Below are positions 9,272 to 19,245 of a stretch of 64,000 nucleotides of DNA, piece by piece (the first letter of the stretch is position 1; every line of letters starts with the position of its first letter). The stretch comes from an uncultured Leptospirales bacterium. Lineage in GTDB: Bacteria > Spirochaetota > UBA4802 > UBA5550. Location: NCBI GenBank assembly GCA_964423905.1, contig CAYRGX010000012.1, positions 6,994-70,993 of the forward strand, in the 5' to 3' direction. The position numbers and the translations under genes are program-made. The notes below the pieces were generated by a model. It was not told the DNA's origin. It was given only the letters and a program-made list of their open reading frames with translations, and ran no database searches.

Positions 9272-11376
9272 TTTACTTTTTCCCGATGGTCTAGGATTGA
9301 ATAGGATATCATGAATATGAAGCTCGAAAGGATCGTAAGGATGCCTATGAACGCGATGGCATAGGGAAAGCTTTTCGTTTCGCCGTAGGAAGTCCCGAAA
9401 ATGGCAATCAGGACTCCCGCCACGATCGGTCCGGAGATGTTGCCAAGACGTTCGATCAGGCGATAGATGCCGACCACCGTGGCCATGCCGATGCGGCCGC
9501 CCTCCTCGACGCAGTCATCCGTGATCAGGGCCATCTGCGACGATACCTGTATGGAGTGGGCAACGCCGAGTATGCCGATGCTGAACAGAACGCCTGCCGT
9601 GGTCTGCCAGAAAAGCAACAGAAGAAGGCCGATGCCGGACATGATGCCGCCGATATTGGTAAACGCCCTCCTGAAATGCCACCGGTCCGCCACGGTCCCC
9701 ACCAGCGGGGATACGAATATCATCATGATCCCGTAGCTCATCAGGACTCGGCCTATTGACGATTGGGTATTGCCCAGTTGTTTAAGAAACATGGGCGCCG
9801 CATAGTACAGGAAACCGGTGAGGCATATCTTGGCGGGGATGGATGAAAACAGCGTGATCGACAGGAATTTTTTATTGCCCATGAGCAACTTGAAGTCCTG
9901 TATGCGCATCTTTTTTTTCTGGGCCGAGGCTTCCTTTCTTTGTTCCATGAGGTAGTTCGCCACGAAGAGGGCGGAGAGGAGCGATACCACCGCGGAGATA
10001 AAAAACGTAGTGCGAAAACCGATACGATCCACGAGGATTCCGCCGATGGCGGATCCGCACAACGAGCCCGAGAAGAACCCAGCGAGAAACATGGCCATGC
10101 CCTTGGTGCGGTTCTTCGACGTGGTGTTGTCGGTGATGTAGCCCTGGCAGGTGATGTACACCGTGCCGTATCCGATCGCGGTTATGGACCTCCAGAGAAG
10201 CAGGTCGTACATGGTCTGCGCGAGACCGGTGAGGATAAGGCCCGCCGACGTAAGGATTGCGCCCAGGATGAGGGGTTTGCGTCGGCCGATTTTATCCGAC
10301 CACGCCCCTGCGTACGGGAGCGAGAAGGCCCAGAAGAGCATGAATATGGATATCGGCAACCCGATGACGACGTTTTCGCTTATGCCGGGCACCGGCGTAT
10401 AGAGCTCTCTAACATAAAAGGGAAAAAACGACAGGGAAAGCGAATCCGCGAATATCAGCAGAAACAACGGCGGTCGTATGTAAATGAGACTGTTGAATGC
10501 GGTTTCCTGACGGTTGTCCGGTCCGAAGGTGTAGGTGCTCCGCAGCTTTTCGTAGCGTTTCTTGATTTCGGCGATTTTCGTACGCGCGCCCTTTTTCATC
10601 CGCGCGATCCTGTCCCCGAGTTCGTTGAAAGACCTGTTGATGGAAGTGATGACGTCGTTGAAGGTCTCCATGAAATCGCCGATTTCGTCGTTGGACTTGG
10701 TCTCGGTCAGGTACGAAAAATTCCCCCGCTTTGACCGCACCAGCAGGGCGTGGAGTGCGTTGATGGGCGCGGTTACTCCGTAATTTACGAGAAAGATGAC
10801 CATTTCGAACGAGATCAGGAGCGTGACAACGATTACGGTAATAATATCATATATGATGTCGAGCATCTTGGTGCGGACGTATTTCTTGTCGATGGCCACG
10901 GTAAGCGATCCCATGGTATTGCCGTCGAGAACGATGTTCGAAGTCTGCGTAAAATAATCGGAAGCATCGCCTGATGTTTTCACCGTCTTGGCGGTTTTAT
11001 CCTGCGACTGCGGGGCCGACCGGGTGTCGCGGGGTACATGCCCGGCCTGATAGAGACGGTGTTTCTGCATGTCGGTTATGATGATATAGGTTATCTCGGG
11101 ATTGTCTTTGATCACTGATGAAAGATATACTTCCATGCCGGTCAGCGACGTGAAGGGGACACCGTACCCGACTATTTTGCCCACGAGCGACTTGATGGAA
11201 TCGCTGATGACCACCGCCTTCTTGTCCATCTCGGGGACGATCGCCTTTTCGAAGCCTTTCAGCGCCACGTACGACATGGAAGCGGTGGAAATCAGGACCA
11301 GGGCAATGGTCGCAATGAAGATGCGGTTGTTGAAGCTCAGGTATTTTTTACTTTTTTCTGGCATGTTTTTTTGCAC
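9268..11376 (-). CDS. Fusion of TM-periplasmic sensor-TM-HAMP to a 12-TM MFS transporter
   Basis: N-terminal TM, ~130-aa extracytoplasmic domain, HAMP (APINALH...SNDEIGDFMETFN), then MFS motif A (GAWSDKIGRRK; GTVADRWHFRR). Confidence 0.85.
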   Translation of the reverse strand: MQKNMPEKSKKYLSFNNRIFIATIALVLISTASMSYVALKGFEKAIVPEMDKKAVVISDSIKSLVGKIVGYGVPFTSLTGMEVYLSSVIKDNPEITYIIITDMQKHRLYQAGHVPRDTRSAPQSQDKTAKTVKTSGDASDYFTQTSNIVLDGNTMGSLTVAIDKKYVRTKMLDIIYDIITVIVVTLLISFEMVIFLVNYGVTAPINALHALLVRSKRGNFSYLTETKSNDEIGDFMETFNDVITSINRSFNELGDRIARMKKGARTKIAEIKKRYEKLRSTYTFGPDNRQETAFNSLIYIRPPLFLLIFADSLSLSFFPFYVRELYTPVPGISENVVIGLPISIFMLFWAFSLPYAGAWSDKIGRRKPLILGAILTSAGLILTGLAQTMYDLLLWRSITAIGYGTVYITCQGYITDNTTSKNRTKGMAMFLAGFFSGSLCGSAIGGILVDRIGFRTTFFISAVVSLLSALFVANYLMEQRKEASAQKKKMRIQDFKLLMGNKKFLSITLFSSIPAKICLTGFLYYAAPMFLKQLGNTQSSIGRVLMSYGIMMIFVSPLVGTVADRWHFRRAFTNIGGIMSGIGLLLLLFWQTTAGVLFSIGILGVAHSIQVSSQMALITDDCVEEGGRIGMATVVGIYRLIERLGNISGPIVAGVLIAIFGTSYGETKSFPYAIAFIGILTILSSFIFMISYSILDHREKVK

Positions 11377-12250
11377 CTTTTCCGGCAGGTTTTGCAGACT
11401 TTCCGGCAGTTTTCGCGCCCCTGCCGGCCGGTTTTGCGTCCTTTCCGGTTGAATCTATTCGTTCGCCGATATCAGATATTTCATCCATGGCACGCGATAC
11501 GGTTCCCGAAAACTCGGCGAAATCGAGTTCCATGCCGTAGTGGGGTCCCGGGAGCGCGGCGCTCTCCCTGCGGGCAAGCAGTCCCTTCAGGGATTCGTTC
11601 ATCCCCACGATTTTATGGTTCAGTGAACGTGAAATGAGATGAACCGCGGCAAATGTTATCGCAGAGAACAGCAACAACGTCACAATAAAAAGAACAAGAA
11701 GATATATCAGTATACCCTGCATCGGTCGCGATATGATTGTCCTTGGATATGCCAGCGCCACCGAACCGACCCTGAGACCGAAGCTGTTGACGATGGGAAG
11801 AATGATATACGCGCGGTCGCCCAGAACGACTGTCGAGGTTCTTTCTTCGGTTTTTTTTGATTTCGAGACATGGTCGTGTTTTCTCATCGCGGCGATCAGG
11901 CTCGGGGACTCGGTTTTTCCCAGCCTGCCGGAATCCGTTCCGAAAAGGATGCGCCCCTTCTCGTCACAGACTTCCACCTCGGCGATGGCCGCGTCCTTTT
12001 TTTTCTGCTCCTCGGCGAACACCTGGATGTTTTTCATCTCCGGCAGGGCGAGACCCAGGTTCAGCTGGTATTCGATCGTGTTCTTGATATCCTTTCCCGC
12101 TACGTAGAACCGCGATGAAACCAGGTCGCCGTATGTTTTTTCGAAATTGAAAAAATTCAGGAGGAGGTTCAGTATGAGTGAAAAAACCAGGACAATGATC
12201 AGGATTATAGAAATTTTAAATGAGAAACGTTCCGTGAACCTGTTACCCAT
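11348..12250 (-). CDS. 2-TM extracytoplasmic sensor-like protein with degenerate HAMP and no output domain
   Basis: TM1-FEK-LGLALPEM-Cache-like-TM2; Lys/Ala-rich repeat tail; overlaps the MFS gene by 29 nt. Confidence 0.7.
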   Translation of the reverse strand: MGNRFTERFSFKISIILIIVLVFSLILNLLLNFFNFEKTYGDLVSSRFYVAGKDIKNTIEYQLNLGLALPEMKNIQVFAEEQKKKDAAIAEVEVCDEKGRILFGTDSGRLGKTESPSLIAAMRKHDHVSKSKKTEERTSTVVLGDRAYIILPIVNSFGLRVGSVALAYPRTIISRPMQGILIYLLVLFIVTLLLFSAITFAAVHLISRSLNHKIVGMNESLKGLLARRESAALPGPHYGMELDFAEFSGTVSRAMDEISDIGERIDSTGKDAKPAGRGAKTAGKSAKPAGKGAKKHARKK

Positions 12251-12638
12251 GGGTTACCGTCCGAAAGTGATACGTTTTATTGCAATGAAGCGGCTTATTT
12301 CTATTTACTAGTATCGGTATTAATTGTACACCTGTCAATGATAAATTCTTATATCCTCCCATCCGGGCGGAATAAACCGAATATCGGGCCTGGTGTTAGT
12401 GGCTGTTGAATCCCGCATGTTTTTTACGTGATGAATTATGCTCTCAAGGAGCGGCATGAAGGTCTAATGTGTCACTCGTGAGTGATTTCAAGTGCCTGGA
12501 ACGAATTGAGAATATGGCTGGATATGTTTCATTGCTGATATTGCATAACGTAGTTGACGGGCCACATGATCGATATGGGTGATCATGTCCGGTGCAGAAG
12601 CTTCGGCCGGATTATGTTGAATGCCATGTTCCGGTTGT

Positions 12639-13033
12639 TTAGCCGATGATTACCGAGCCGTCCGGGAAAACCAACACCCGGGTGCCGTCTGTCACCTCGT
12701 CTAAAAACGCGGGACCGAGCCTGTCGACGGTTTTTTCAAGAAGGCCGCAGGGCATTTTTTATAATCGAGGGGGCGGGGATCGGCGGTGAAGGGGCGCGGT
12801 GCGACGAGGCCCTCGCGGACGAGGTCGTCCATCAGCGAGAAAATGGGCTTCAGCATCGGGACGCCCACCGAGGTGACGATATGGCTGTCGTGGTCCAGCG
12901 GTGCAAGGCGGCCGGCGCCGAAGATCTCGCCATAACGAACGACTGATTCCATGGCTTTGCGGAGAACATCTCCCCGTGACCCGTCAAGTATCGCGCGCTC
13001 CTCACCGGTCAGGTTCATCGTGAATCGCGTCAT
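12639..13033 (-). pseudogene. Aconitase X (DUF521-DUF126 fusion type) remnant with a large internal deletion and a frameshift
   Basis: MNLTGEERAILDGSRG...AMESVVRYGEIFGA...FTADPRPLDY. A shift at the A6 run near 12755-12760 gives MPCGLLEK followed by TVDRLGPAFLDEVTDGTRVLVFPDGSVIIG*, resembling a swivel-domain C-terminus. Confidence 0.6.
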
Positions 13034-13226
13034 GCGTCGCTCCTTCGAGGATTGCCCGGCCGCATTTTCGCCGGTCCCGTTTACAAGATTACCACCGTCA
13101 TGTCCGGTGTCAAACAAATGACGGGCGCGGGAGAGCGCTTTCGTCCATCCGTCATTTTTTTGTTGCTTTTTCGTCGAAATGCTGTTCGGATCACATCGGT
13201 GTGCGAAAAAACCCACGGAGGCCCGC

Positions 13227-14675
13227 ATGCAGATTTTCGGCAACCCGATGACCCGATCGGCCGAACGTAAAGCCAGGCGCAACAAGGACAGGTTCGCGAA
13301 AAAATTCGGCTTTGACCCGCTCGCGACGTATCCCTTGAGCTCCTCGCCGAATGGAATCCTCGGCAGGTCAATGGGGCTCAGGGACCTCGTCGCCGGGAAG
13401 GAAGGCGATCCGCTCCGGGAAGGGAAGAGCCTTGTCGTTGGGACCATCCGGATGGGATATGGGCACTATCGTCCCGCGATTGCGGTGGCGTCCGCCGCGC
13501 ACTCGATGGGGATCACACCCTACTGGCTGGACCTCCTGGCCTTCGAAGGCACTCCCGGCGCAAAGATAATCCGTCATCTTGAGAAGCTCTACTCGCTCGG
13601 ATCGCGCCTGTCACAGAAAAGCGCGCTTTTCAACAGGCTTTACTGGGAGCCCCTCACCGCGGAAGGTTTCAAGAAACTCGCGTACAACGCCTCTGACAGG
13701 CTCATGTGCGAGCTCATGGCCCCCATCTACGGCGATATCCCGAAAGGCATCCCCGTGATAGGGACGCACGTGTGGCCGGCGATCGCCGCGCTCCACGCGG
13801 GAATGGAGAGGGTCGTGAACATGATCCCGGACAACTGGCCCCTGGGGCTGCACCTCGCCGAGGGCGCGATCCATGCGGTACAAACCCCGTCGGTGCATAT
13901 GGGATACCGCACGCTGAAAAACATGGCGAAAAAGGGCATGCCGTTGAATCCCATCCCGCCCGACAGTATCCGATGGGTGGGGCACAACATCGACCATGAG
14001 ATCGTGAAGGGCATCGAGAAGGATTGCGCCGCGCGCGTGAAAAGGGCCGAGGGGCGACAGACCCTCCGCGTGCTCATATCAATCGGGGGCGCCGGAGCGC
14101 AGATCGGCACCGTGCGCGCGATCATCAGGCACCTCGCACCGCGAATCAGAGACGGCGCGGTCGATCTATTCGTCAACTCCGGCGACCACGAAAACGTCTT
14201 TACTCTCCTGAACGAAGAGATGGAACGATGCCGGCTTTTACCGTCGCTTCATACCGACTGGAAGGATTCCGAGAAGACGGCGCTGCAGGCCCTGACAAAG
14301 CGCGCCCCGGGCGTGCACCATTTTTACAACGGTAATATTTTCGCAGCGGTCTACGCGACGAACCAGCTCATGCGAGCGAGCGACATACTAGTGACCAAAC
14401 CGAGTGAGCTATCGTTCTACCCGGTCCCGAAGCTTTTCATCAAGAGGGTGGGAGGGCACGAGGCGTGGGGGGCGATACGCAGCTCCGAGGTGGGCGACGG
14501 TACCCTGGAATGCGAGACTGATGCCCTCGCCCTTCAGGCCCTGGACCTGCTCACGGACGATCGGGATCTCCTTCTCATGTACTGTGAAAATATCATAAAA
14601 CAGAAAAAGATCGGCACCTATGACGGTGCCTACAACGTTGTGTCACTGGCGTTTGACCGGAAAAAAATGAAATGA
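13227..14675 (+). CDS. Uncharacterised GT-B-fold glycosyltransferase-like protein (MGDG-synthase/GT28-like)
   Basis: MGYGHYR, IGTHVWPA, ISIGGAGAQ, SDILVTKPSELS and VGGHEAWGA motifs; GGAGG RBS before ATG 13227. Confidence 0.55.
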   Translation: MQIFGNPMTRSAERKARRNKDRFAKKFGFDPLATYPLSSSPNGILGRSMGLRDLVAGKEGDPLREGKSLVVGTIRMGYGHYRPAIAVASAAHSMGITPYWLDLLAFEGTPGAKIIRHLEKLYSLGSRLSQKSALFNRLYWEPLTAEGFKKLAYNASDRLMCELMAPIYGDIPKGIPVIGTHVWPAIAALHAGMERVVNMIPDNWPLGLHLAEGAIHAVQTPSVHMGYRTLKNMAKKGMPLNPIPPDSIRWVGHNIDHEIVKGIEKDCAARVKRAEGRQTLRVLISIGGAGAQIGTVRAIIRHLAPRIRDGAVDLFVNSGDHENVFTLLNEEMERCRLLPSLHTDWKDSEKTALQALTKRAPGVHHFYNGNIFAAVYATNQLMRASDILVTKPSELSFYPVPKLFIKRVGGHEAWGAIRSSEVGDGTLECETDALALQALDLLTDDRDLLLMYCENIIKQKKIGTYDGAYNVVSLAFDRKKMK

Positions 14676-15871
14676 ACACGCAGCATGACGATACAACGGC
14701 AGAAACACGAGACCGCGCCATATCCGAAGGAACAGCCCTGTTCGGGAAGCACTTCGGGACCGAAGGCGATGTCGAGATATTCTTTTCTCCGGGGCGCGTG
14801 AACCTCATCGGAGAACACCTGGATTACAACGGGGGCCCGGTGTTTCCCGCCGCGATATCGGTCGGGATTTACGCCTTCGCCCGACCGAGGGCGGACGGCA
14901 TCGTGCGCATGCGCTCGGCGCAATTTAATGAAGAGATCGAGATCATGCCCGCAGCGGGGATGGAACGACCGCGGCAGGGGACCTGGGGTGATTTCCCGGC
15001 CGGCGTGGTGATGTGCTTTATGAACGCGGGGCGCGGAATGCCGCGGGGGTGCGACGTGTTTTTCATGAGTACCATGCCCGACGGCGCGGGCCTTTCGTCG
15101 TCCGCCTCACTCGAGGTTCTCACGGCGTGCGCGCTTTACGAAACAGTCGGGGACAGTCCCGGGGATCGCGTGGACGTGGCCCTGCTCTGCCAGAAGGCGG
15201 AGAACGAGTACGTGGGAGTGCAGTGCGGCATCATGGACCAGTTTGCGGTTGCCATGGGAAAAGCGGGGCACGCGATACTTCTCGATACCGGCACGCTGGG
15301 ATACCGCCATGTCCCCCTCCGCCTGGGGGAGTATTCGCTCGTGATCATGAACAGCAACAAGCGCCGCGAGCTTGCCGGTTCGAAATACAATGAGCGCCGG
15401 GGCGAGTGCGAACGCGCGCTCGAGGAGATGCGCGCCGCCCGGCAGGAGCTCACGTGCCTGGCGAATGCCACGCCCGGGGATCTCGCCTCTGTGACGGAAG
15501 GCACCTTGCGGAAAAGGGCCCGTCACGTGATGACCGAAACGGCGCGGGTGAACGAATCCGTCAGGCTCCTTGATGCCGACGACCTGGAGACGTTCGGTAC
15601 CCTGATGATCGAGTCGCACCGGTCGCTCCAGTCCGACTACGAGGTCACCGGTCACGAGCTCGATTCGCTGGTCGACGCCGCCCTCGAGGTCGACGGGTGC
15701 ATCGGCGCCCGCATGACGGGCGCGGGTTTCGGCGGGTGCGCGCTCGCGCTCGTCCACGGGGGGGCGCTCGGTGAATTCGAAAAATGGGTGCGGCACCGTT
15801 ATGCGGCCTCCACCGGACTCGACGCGGGCCTTTTTACCGCGCGGCCGGAAAATGGAGCCGGGAGGATATGA
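14672..15871 (+). CDS. galK: Galactokinase
   Basis: PGRVNLIGEHLDYNGG, GAGLSSSAS, CGIMDQFA and GARMTGAGFGGC motifs. Confidence 0.95.
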   Translation: MNTQHDDTTAETRDRAISEGTALFGKHFGTEGDVEIFFSPGRVNLIGEHLDYNGGPVFPAAISVGIYAFARPRADGIVRMRSAQFNEEIEIMPAAGMERPRQGTWGDFPAGVVMCFMNAGRGMPRGCDVFFMSTMPDGAGLSSSASLEVLTACALYETVGDSPGDRVDVALLCQKAENEYVGVQCGIMDQFAVAMGKAGHAILLDTGTLGYRHVPLRLGEYSLVIMNSNKRRELAGSKYNERRGECERALEEMRAARQELTCLANATPGDLASVTEGTLRKRARHVMTETARVNESVRLLDADDLETFGTLMIESHRSLQSDYEVTGHELDSLVDAALEVDGCIGARMTGAGFGGCALALVHGGALGEFEKWVRHRYAASTGLDAGLFTARPENGAGRI

Positions 15872-15883
15872 CAGGAGGATGCG

Positions 15884-17902
15884 ATGATATCCGTCGTCAA
15901 CATAGGGATACGATACCGCTGCGAAGGAAGACGGGAAACGCAAAAAATCTCGGCCGAGACCGTCCGGGACCTGTACCGGCTGCGCCTCGCCATGGACATC
16001 AGCCAGGTCGACGGAGGGCAGCGCGTGGGGCTTACGATAGAGCCTTTGGCGCAGATCGACCTGGAGGAGATATACCTGGAATGCGATCCCGGCATCAACG
16101 CAGCCGACAGGATATACTGCAACGGGTTCCAGTCGTGGACCGATTCACGCGAGTTCGATCCCTCGGAGGGAATGAAGGGATTGCGCAGAATCGTGAAGCT
16201 GGTGAAGCTCCACTGGTTCGGTGATTATCATTTTCATCATTACAAAAGGGGCAGGGGCAGGCTCCACGGGTATACCTATACCTATGTTCGCCGCGCGGGC
16301 GGGGATTTCGACCTGATCGGATCGATGGATGAACGTCACGGCTATACCGTGTTCCGGTGGGACGCGGGGAAAAACCGTCTGTATATCCACCTCGAATGCC
16401 AGGGCCTCGCGATACGGGAAAACAGGAAAATAATGGATCTGCTCGTGCTCTCCGGGGACGAGGGCGCGGTGTTTGATACGTATTTCGACTCGCGCGGGCT
16501 CCGGGCAAAGGCCCCGTATTGTACCGGGTGGACGAGCTGGTACAATTATTACACCGATATCAGTGAGGAAGTAATTGTTAAAAATCTGAGGGCCTTCACC
16601 GAGAACAAGGTGCCCATCGACATGTTCCAGATCGACGACGGATACCAACAGGCGGTGGGGGACTGGCTGGACATCAAGCCGGACTTCCACAACGGGATGG
16701 GGTATATCGCCTGGGCCATCAAGAATGAGGGATACAAGGCCGGCCTATGGCTGGCGCCGTTTATTTGCGAGAGCAAGTCAAGCATCATCACGAAGCATCC
16801 GCGATGGCTGCTCAGGGACGCGAAAAACCGGCGCGTGCCCGCGGGGTGGAACCCTCTCTGGAGCGGTAACTTTTACGCGCTGGACATCTACAACGAGGAA
16901 GTGCGGCATTACCTCAAGCAGGTCTTTTCCACGGTCCTTCACGAATGGGAATTCGACATGGTGAAGCTCGATTTCCTGTACGCGGCCGCGCAGATACCGC
17001 GAGACGGCAAGACCCGCGGCGAGATCATGTGCGACGCCATGGCCTTCCTGCGGGAATGCACCGGGGGAAGGATGATCCTCGGGTGCGGGGTGCCCCTTGG
17101 GGCCGCCTTCGGCCTGGTCGATTACTGCCGCATTGGCAGCGACGTTGCCCTCAAGTGGGAGGATTCATTCCTCAAGCGGGTACGGTACCGTGAAAGGGTT
17201 TCGACGATCAATTCGCTAACCAGCACCATCGGGCGCAGGCACCTGAACGGGAGGACATTCCTGAACGATCCCGACGTTTTCATCCTGCGCGCCGAGAACA
17301 ACAGGCTGGATCGCGACGAAAAATACTCGCTCTTCCTTCTGAACAACGTTTTCGGGGGGCTCCTTTTCTGCTCCGATTACATATCGATATACGACAAGGA
17401 GACCATGCTTCTCTACCGGTCAATGTTTCCATTCCAGAAAAAGGGAACCGTCAGGGTCAGGGAAAAGGCGAGCCTCTACGATATATCCTTCACGATCGGA
17501 GAGCTTTCCTACAGGGTCTTCGCAAACCTCTCCGGCGAGCCGAGCGAGGTCGCGCTCGACGGCGGGTGGCATTATTCCAGGGAGCGGGAGGAGCGATTCC
17601 TCCCGGAAGGCACCGCGGTGGCGCTCGGCCCGCACCAGTCGGCCTGTTTCCTCTCGGTGCCTGAAAACGCGCCGTCCATCGCGGGGAGCACCGGGCACCT
17701 CTTCCCGGGGAGCGACGTGACGCGACTCAAGATGGACGGAAGGGACATCGCGATCGAGCGGGATCACCGCGCCATGATACCGGCGGACATCTACGTGCGG
17801 GTACCGTCCGAAGGCTCGTACACTGTCAACGGCCGCCCGGTCAGGGCGGAGGAGATCGTCGATGGATTTTATACCATAGTAATCGAACGGGGGCGAGAGT
17901 GA
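15884..17902 (+). CDS. GH36-like alpha-galactosidase
   Basis: TGWTSWY, FQIDDGYQ, AGLWLAPF, VKLDFLY, RIGSDV and NDPDVF motifs. Confidence 0.85.
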   Translation: MISVVNIGIRYRCEGRRETQKISAETVRDLYRLRLAMDISQVDGGQRVGLTIEPLAQIDLEEIYLECDPGINAADRIYCNGFQSWTDSREFDPSEGMKGLRRIVKLVKLHWFGDYHFHHYKRGRGRLHGYTYTYVRRAGGDFDLIGSMDERHGYTVFRWDAGKNRLYIHLECQGLAIRENRKIMDLLVLSGDEGAVFDTYFDSRGLRAKAPYCTGWTSWYNYYTDISEEVIVKNLRAFTENKVPIDMFQIDDGYQQAVGDWLDIKPDFHNGMGYIAWAIKNEGYKAGLWLAPFICESKSSIITKHPRWLLRDAKNRRVPAGWNPLWSGNFYALDIYNEEVRHYLKQVFSTVLHEWEFDMVKLDFLYAAAQIPRDGKTRGEIMCDAMAFLRECTGGRMILGCGVPLGAAFGLVDYCRIGSDVALKWEDSFLKRVRYRERVSTINSLTSTIGRRHLNGRTFLNDPDVFILRAENNRLDRDEKYSLFLLNNVFGGLLFCSDYISIYDKETMLLYRSMFPFQKKGTVRVREKASLYDISFTIGELSYRVFANLSGEPSEVALDGGWHYSREREERFLPEGTAVALGPHQSACFLSVPENAPSIAGSTGHLFPGSDVTRLKMDGRDIAIERDHRAMIPADIYVRVPSEGSYTVNGRPVRAEEIVDGFYTIVIERGRE

Positions 17903-17903
17903 T

Positions 17904-19205
17904 ATGAGAGAACCGTTTGCCATTCCCAGGAGCCTTAAACTCGGCGCCGCGACCTCAGCGTTCCAGATCGAGGGCGGCGCGGACAATCACTCGTGGTACC
18001 GGTGGTCACGCGAACCGGGACGGATTCGCGACGGGAGCGACTGTTCCGTCGCCTGCGACCACTGGAACCGGGTCAAGGAAGACACCGCGCTCATGAAGCG
18101 CATGAACCTCCAGTGCTACCGCTTCGGCATCGAGTGGAGCAGGATCGAGCCGCGGGAGGGCGTGTTCGACGACCGCGCGCTCGCGCACTACCGCGCGGAA
18201 ATCGAGTTGCTGCGTAAAGCTGGCATAGAACCGCTCGTGACCCTGCACCACTTCTCGAACCCGCTCTGGATGGAAGACAGCGGGTCCTGGATCGATCCCT
18301 CGTGCATCGAACGTTTTGTCCGATATGCCGATTACGTCGCGAGGAACCTCGGCGACCTCGTCCGGGACTGGATCACCATCAACGAACCGAACGTCTACTG
18401 CCTCATGAGCTACGCGCAGGGGCTCTTCCCGCCTGGAAAGAAAAGCATCCGGCTCTATTTTCGCGGCGCGAAGAACATGATCGGCGCCCACGCTGCCGCG
18501 TATCGGGCCATTCACGAGGCGGGCAGGGCGGCCGGGCGCAGGGACACGCGTGTCGGCGTGGCGCACCACCTGAGAATACTGGAACCGCTCACGGGCTCCC
18601 CTGTCGAGAGGGGGATCGCCTCGTTGATCGACCGCGTGTTTCAGGAGATTTTCGTCGCGGGCATGGCCGAGGGCAGGTTGATCGTTCCCGCGGGGAGGGG
18701 ATATCCCTTCGGTCAGGGTGACTTCCAGGATTTTTTCGGGATAAATTACTACTCGCGCGACATGATAGCCTCGCCCCCGGGGAAGGTCATGCAGGTGCGC
18801 GAGGACGCGCCCACGAACGATCTCGGATGGGAAATCTATCCGGAGGGCCTCTACCGCGTGTGCGAGCGATACTATGCGCGCTACGGGAAGCCTATCTTCA
18901 TCACCGAGAACGGCACCTGCGACGAGGACGACTCGTTCCGTCCCGCCTACGTGGTGGACCACCTGAGGGAGGTGGTCCGGCTTATCGAAAACGGGATCAA
19001 TGTGGAACGCTATTTCCACTGGAGCCTCATGGACAATTTCGAGCTCGCAGAGGGCTTGAATTACCGGTTTGGCCTGATACATGTGGATTTCAAGACCCAG
19101 AAGCGCACGATTAAGAAAAGCGGAATGCTCTACCGCGACATCTGCGCCAGGCGCAGTGTCACGGCTGAAATGCTGAAAAAATATCTGCCCGGAAAGGGCA
19201 GGTGA
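17904..19205 (+). CDS. GH1 beta-glucosidase/beta-galactosidase
   Basis: GAATSAFQIEG, TINEP (acid/base), ITENG (nucleophile), WSLMDNFE. Confidence 0.92.
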   Translation: MREPFAIPRSLKLGAATSAFQIEGGADNHSWYRWSREPGRIRDGSDCSVACDHWNRVKEDTALMKRMNLQCYRFGIEWSRIEPREGVFDDRALAHYRAEIELLRKAGIEPLVTLHHFSNPLWMEDSGSWIDPSCIERFVRYADYVARNLGDLVRDWITINEPNVYCLMSYAQGLFPPGKKSIRLYFRGAKNMIGAHAAAYRAIHEAGRAAGRRDTRVGVAHHLRILEPLTGSPVERGIASLIDRVFQEIFVAGMAEGRLIVPAGRGYPFGQGDFQDFFGINYYSRDMIASPPGKVMQVREDAPTNDLGWEIYPEGLYRVCERYYARYGKPIFITENGTCDEDDSFRPAYVVDHLREVVRLIENGINVERYFHWSLMDNFELAEGLNYRFGLIHVDFKTQKRTIKKSGMLYRDICARRSVTAEMLKKYLPGKGR

Positions 19206-19245
19206 CAATTCACCCGCCACGCGGGGAACGGAGGGCCACCTTAGA

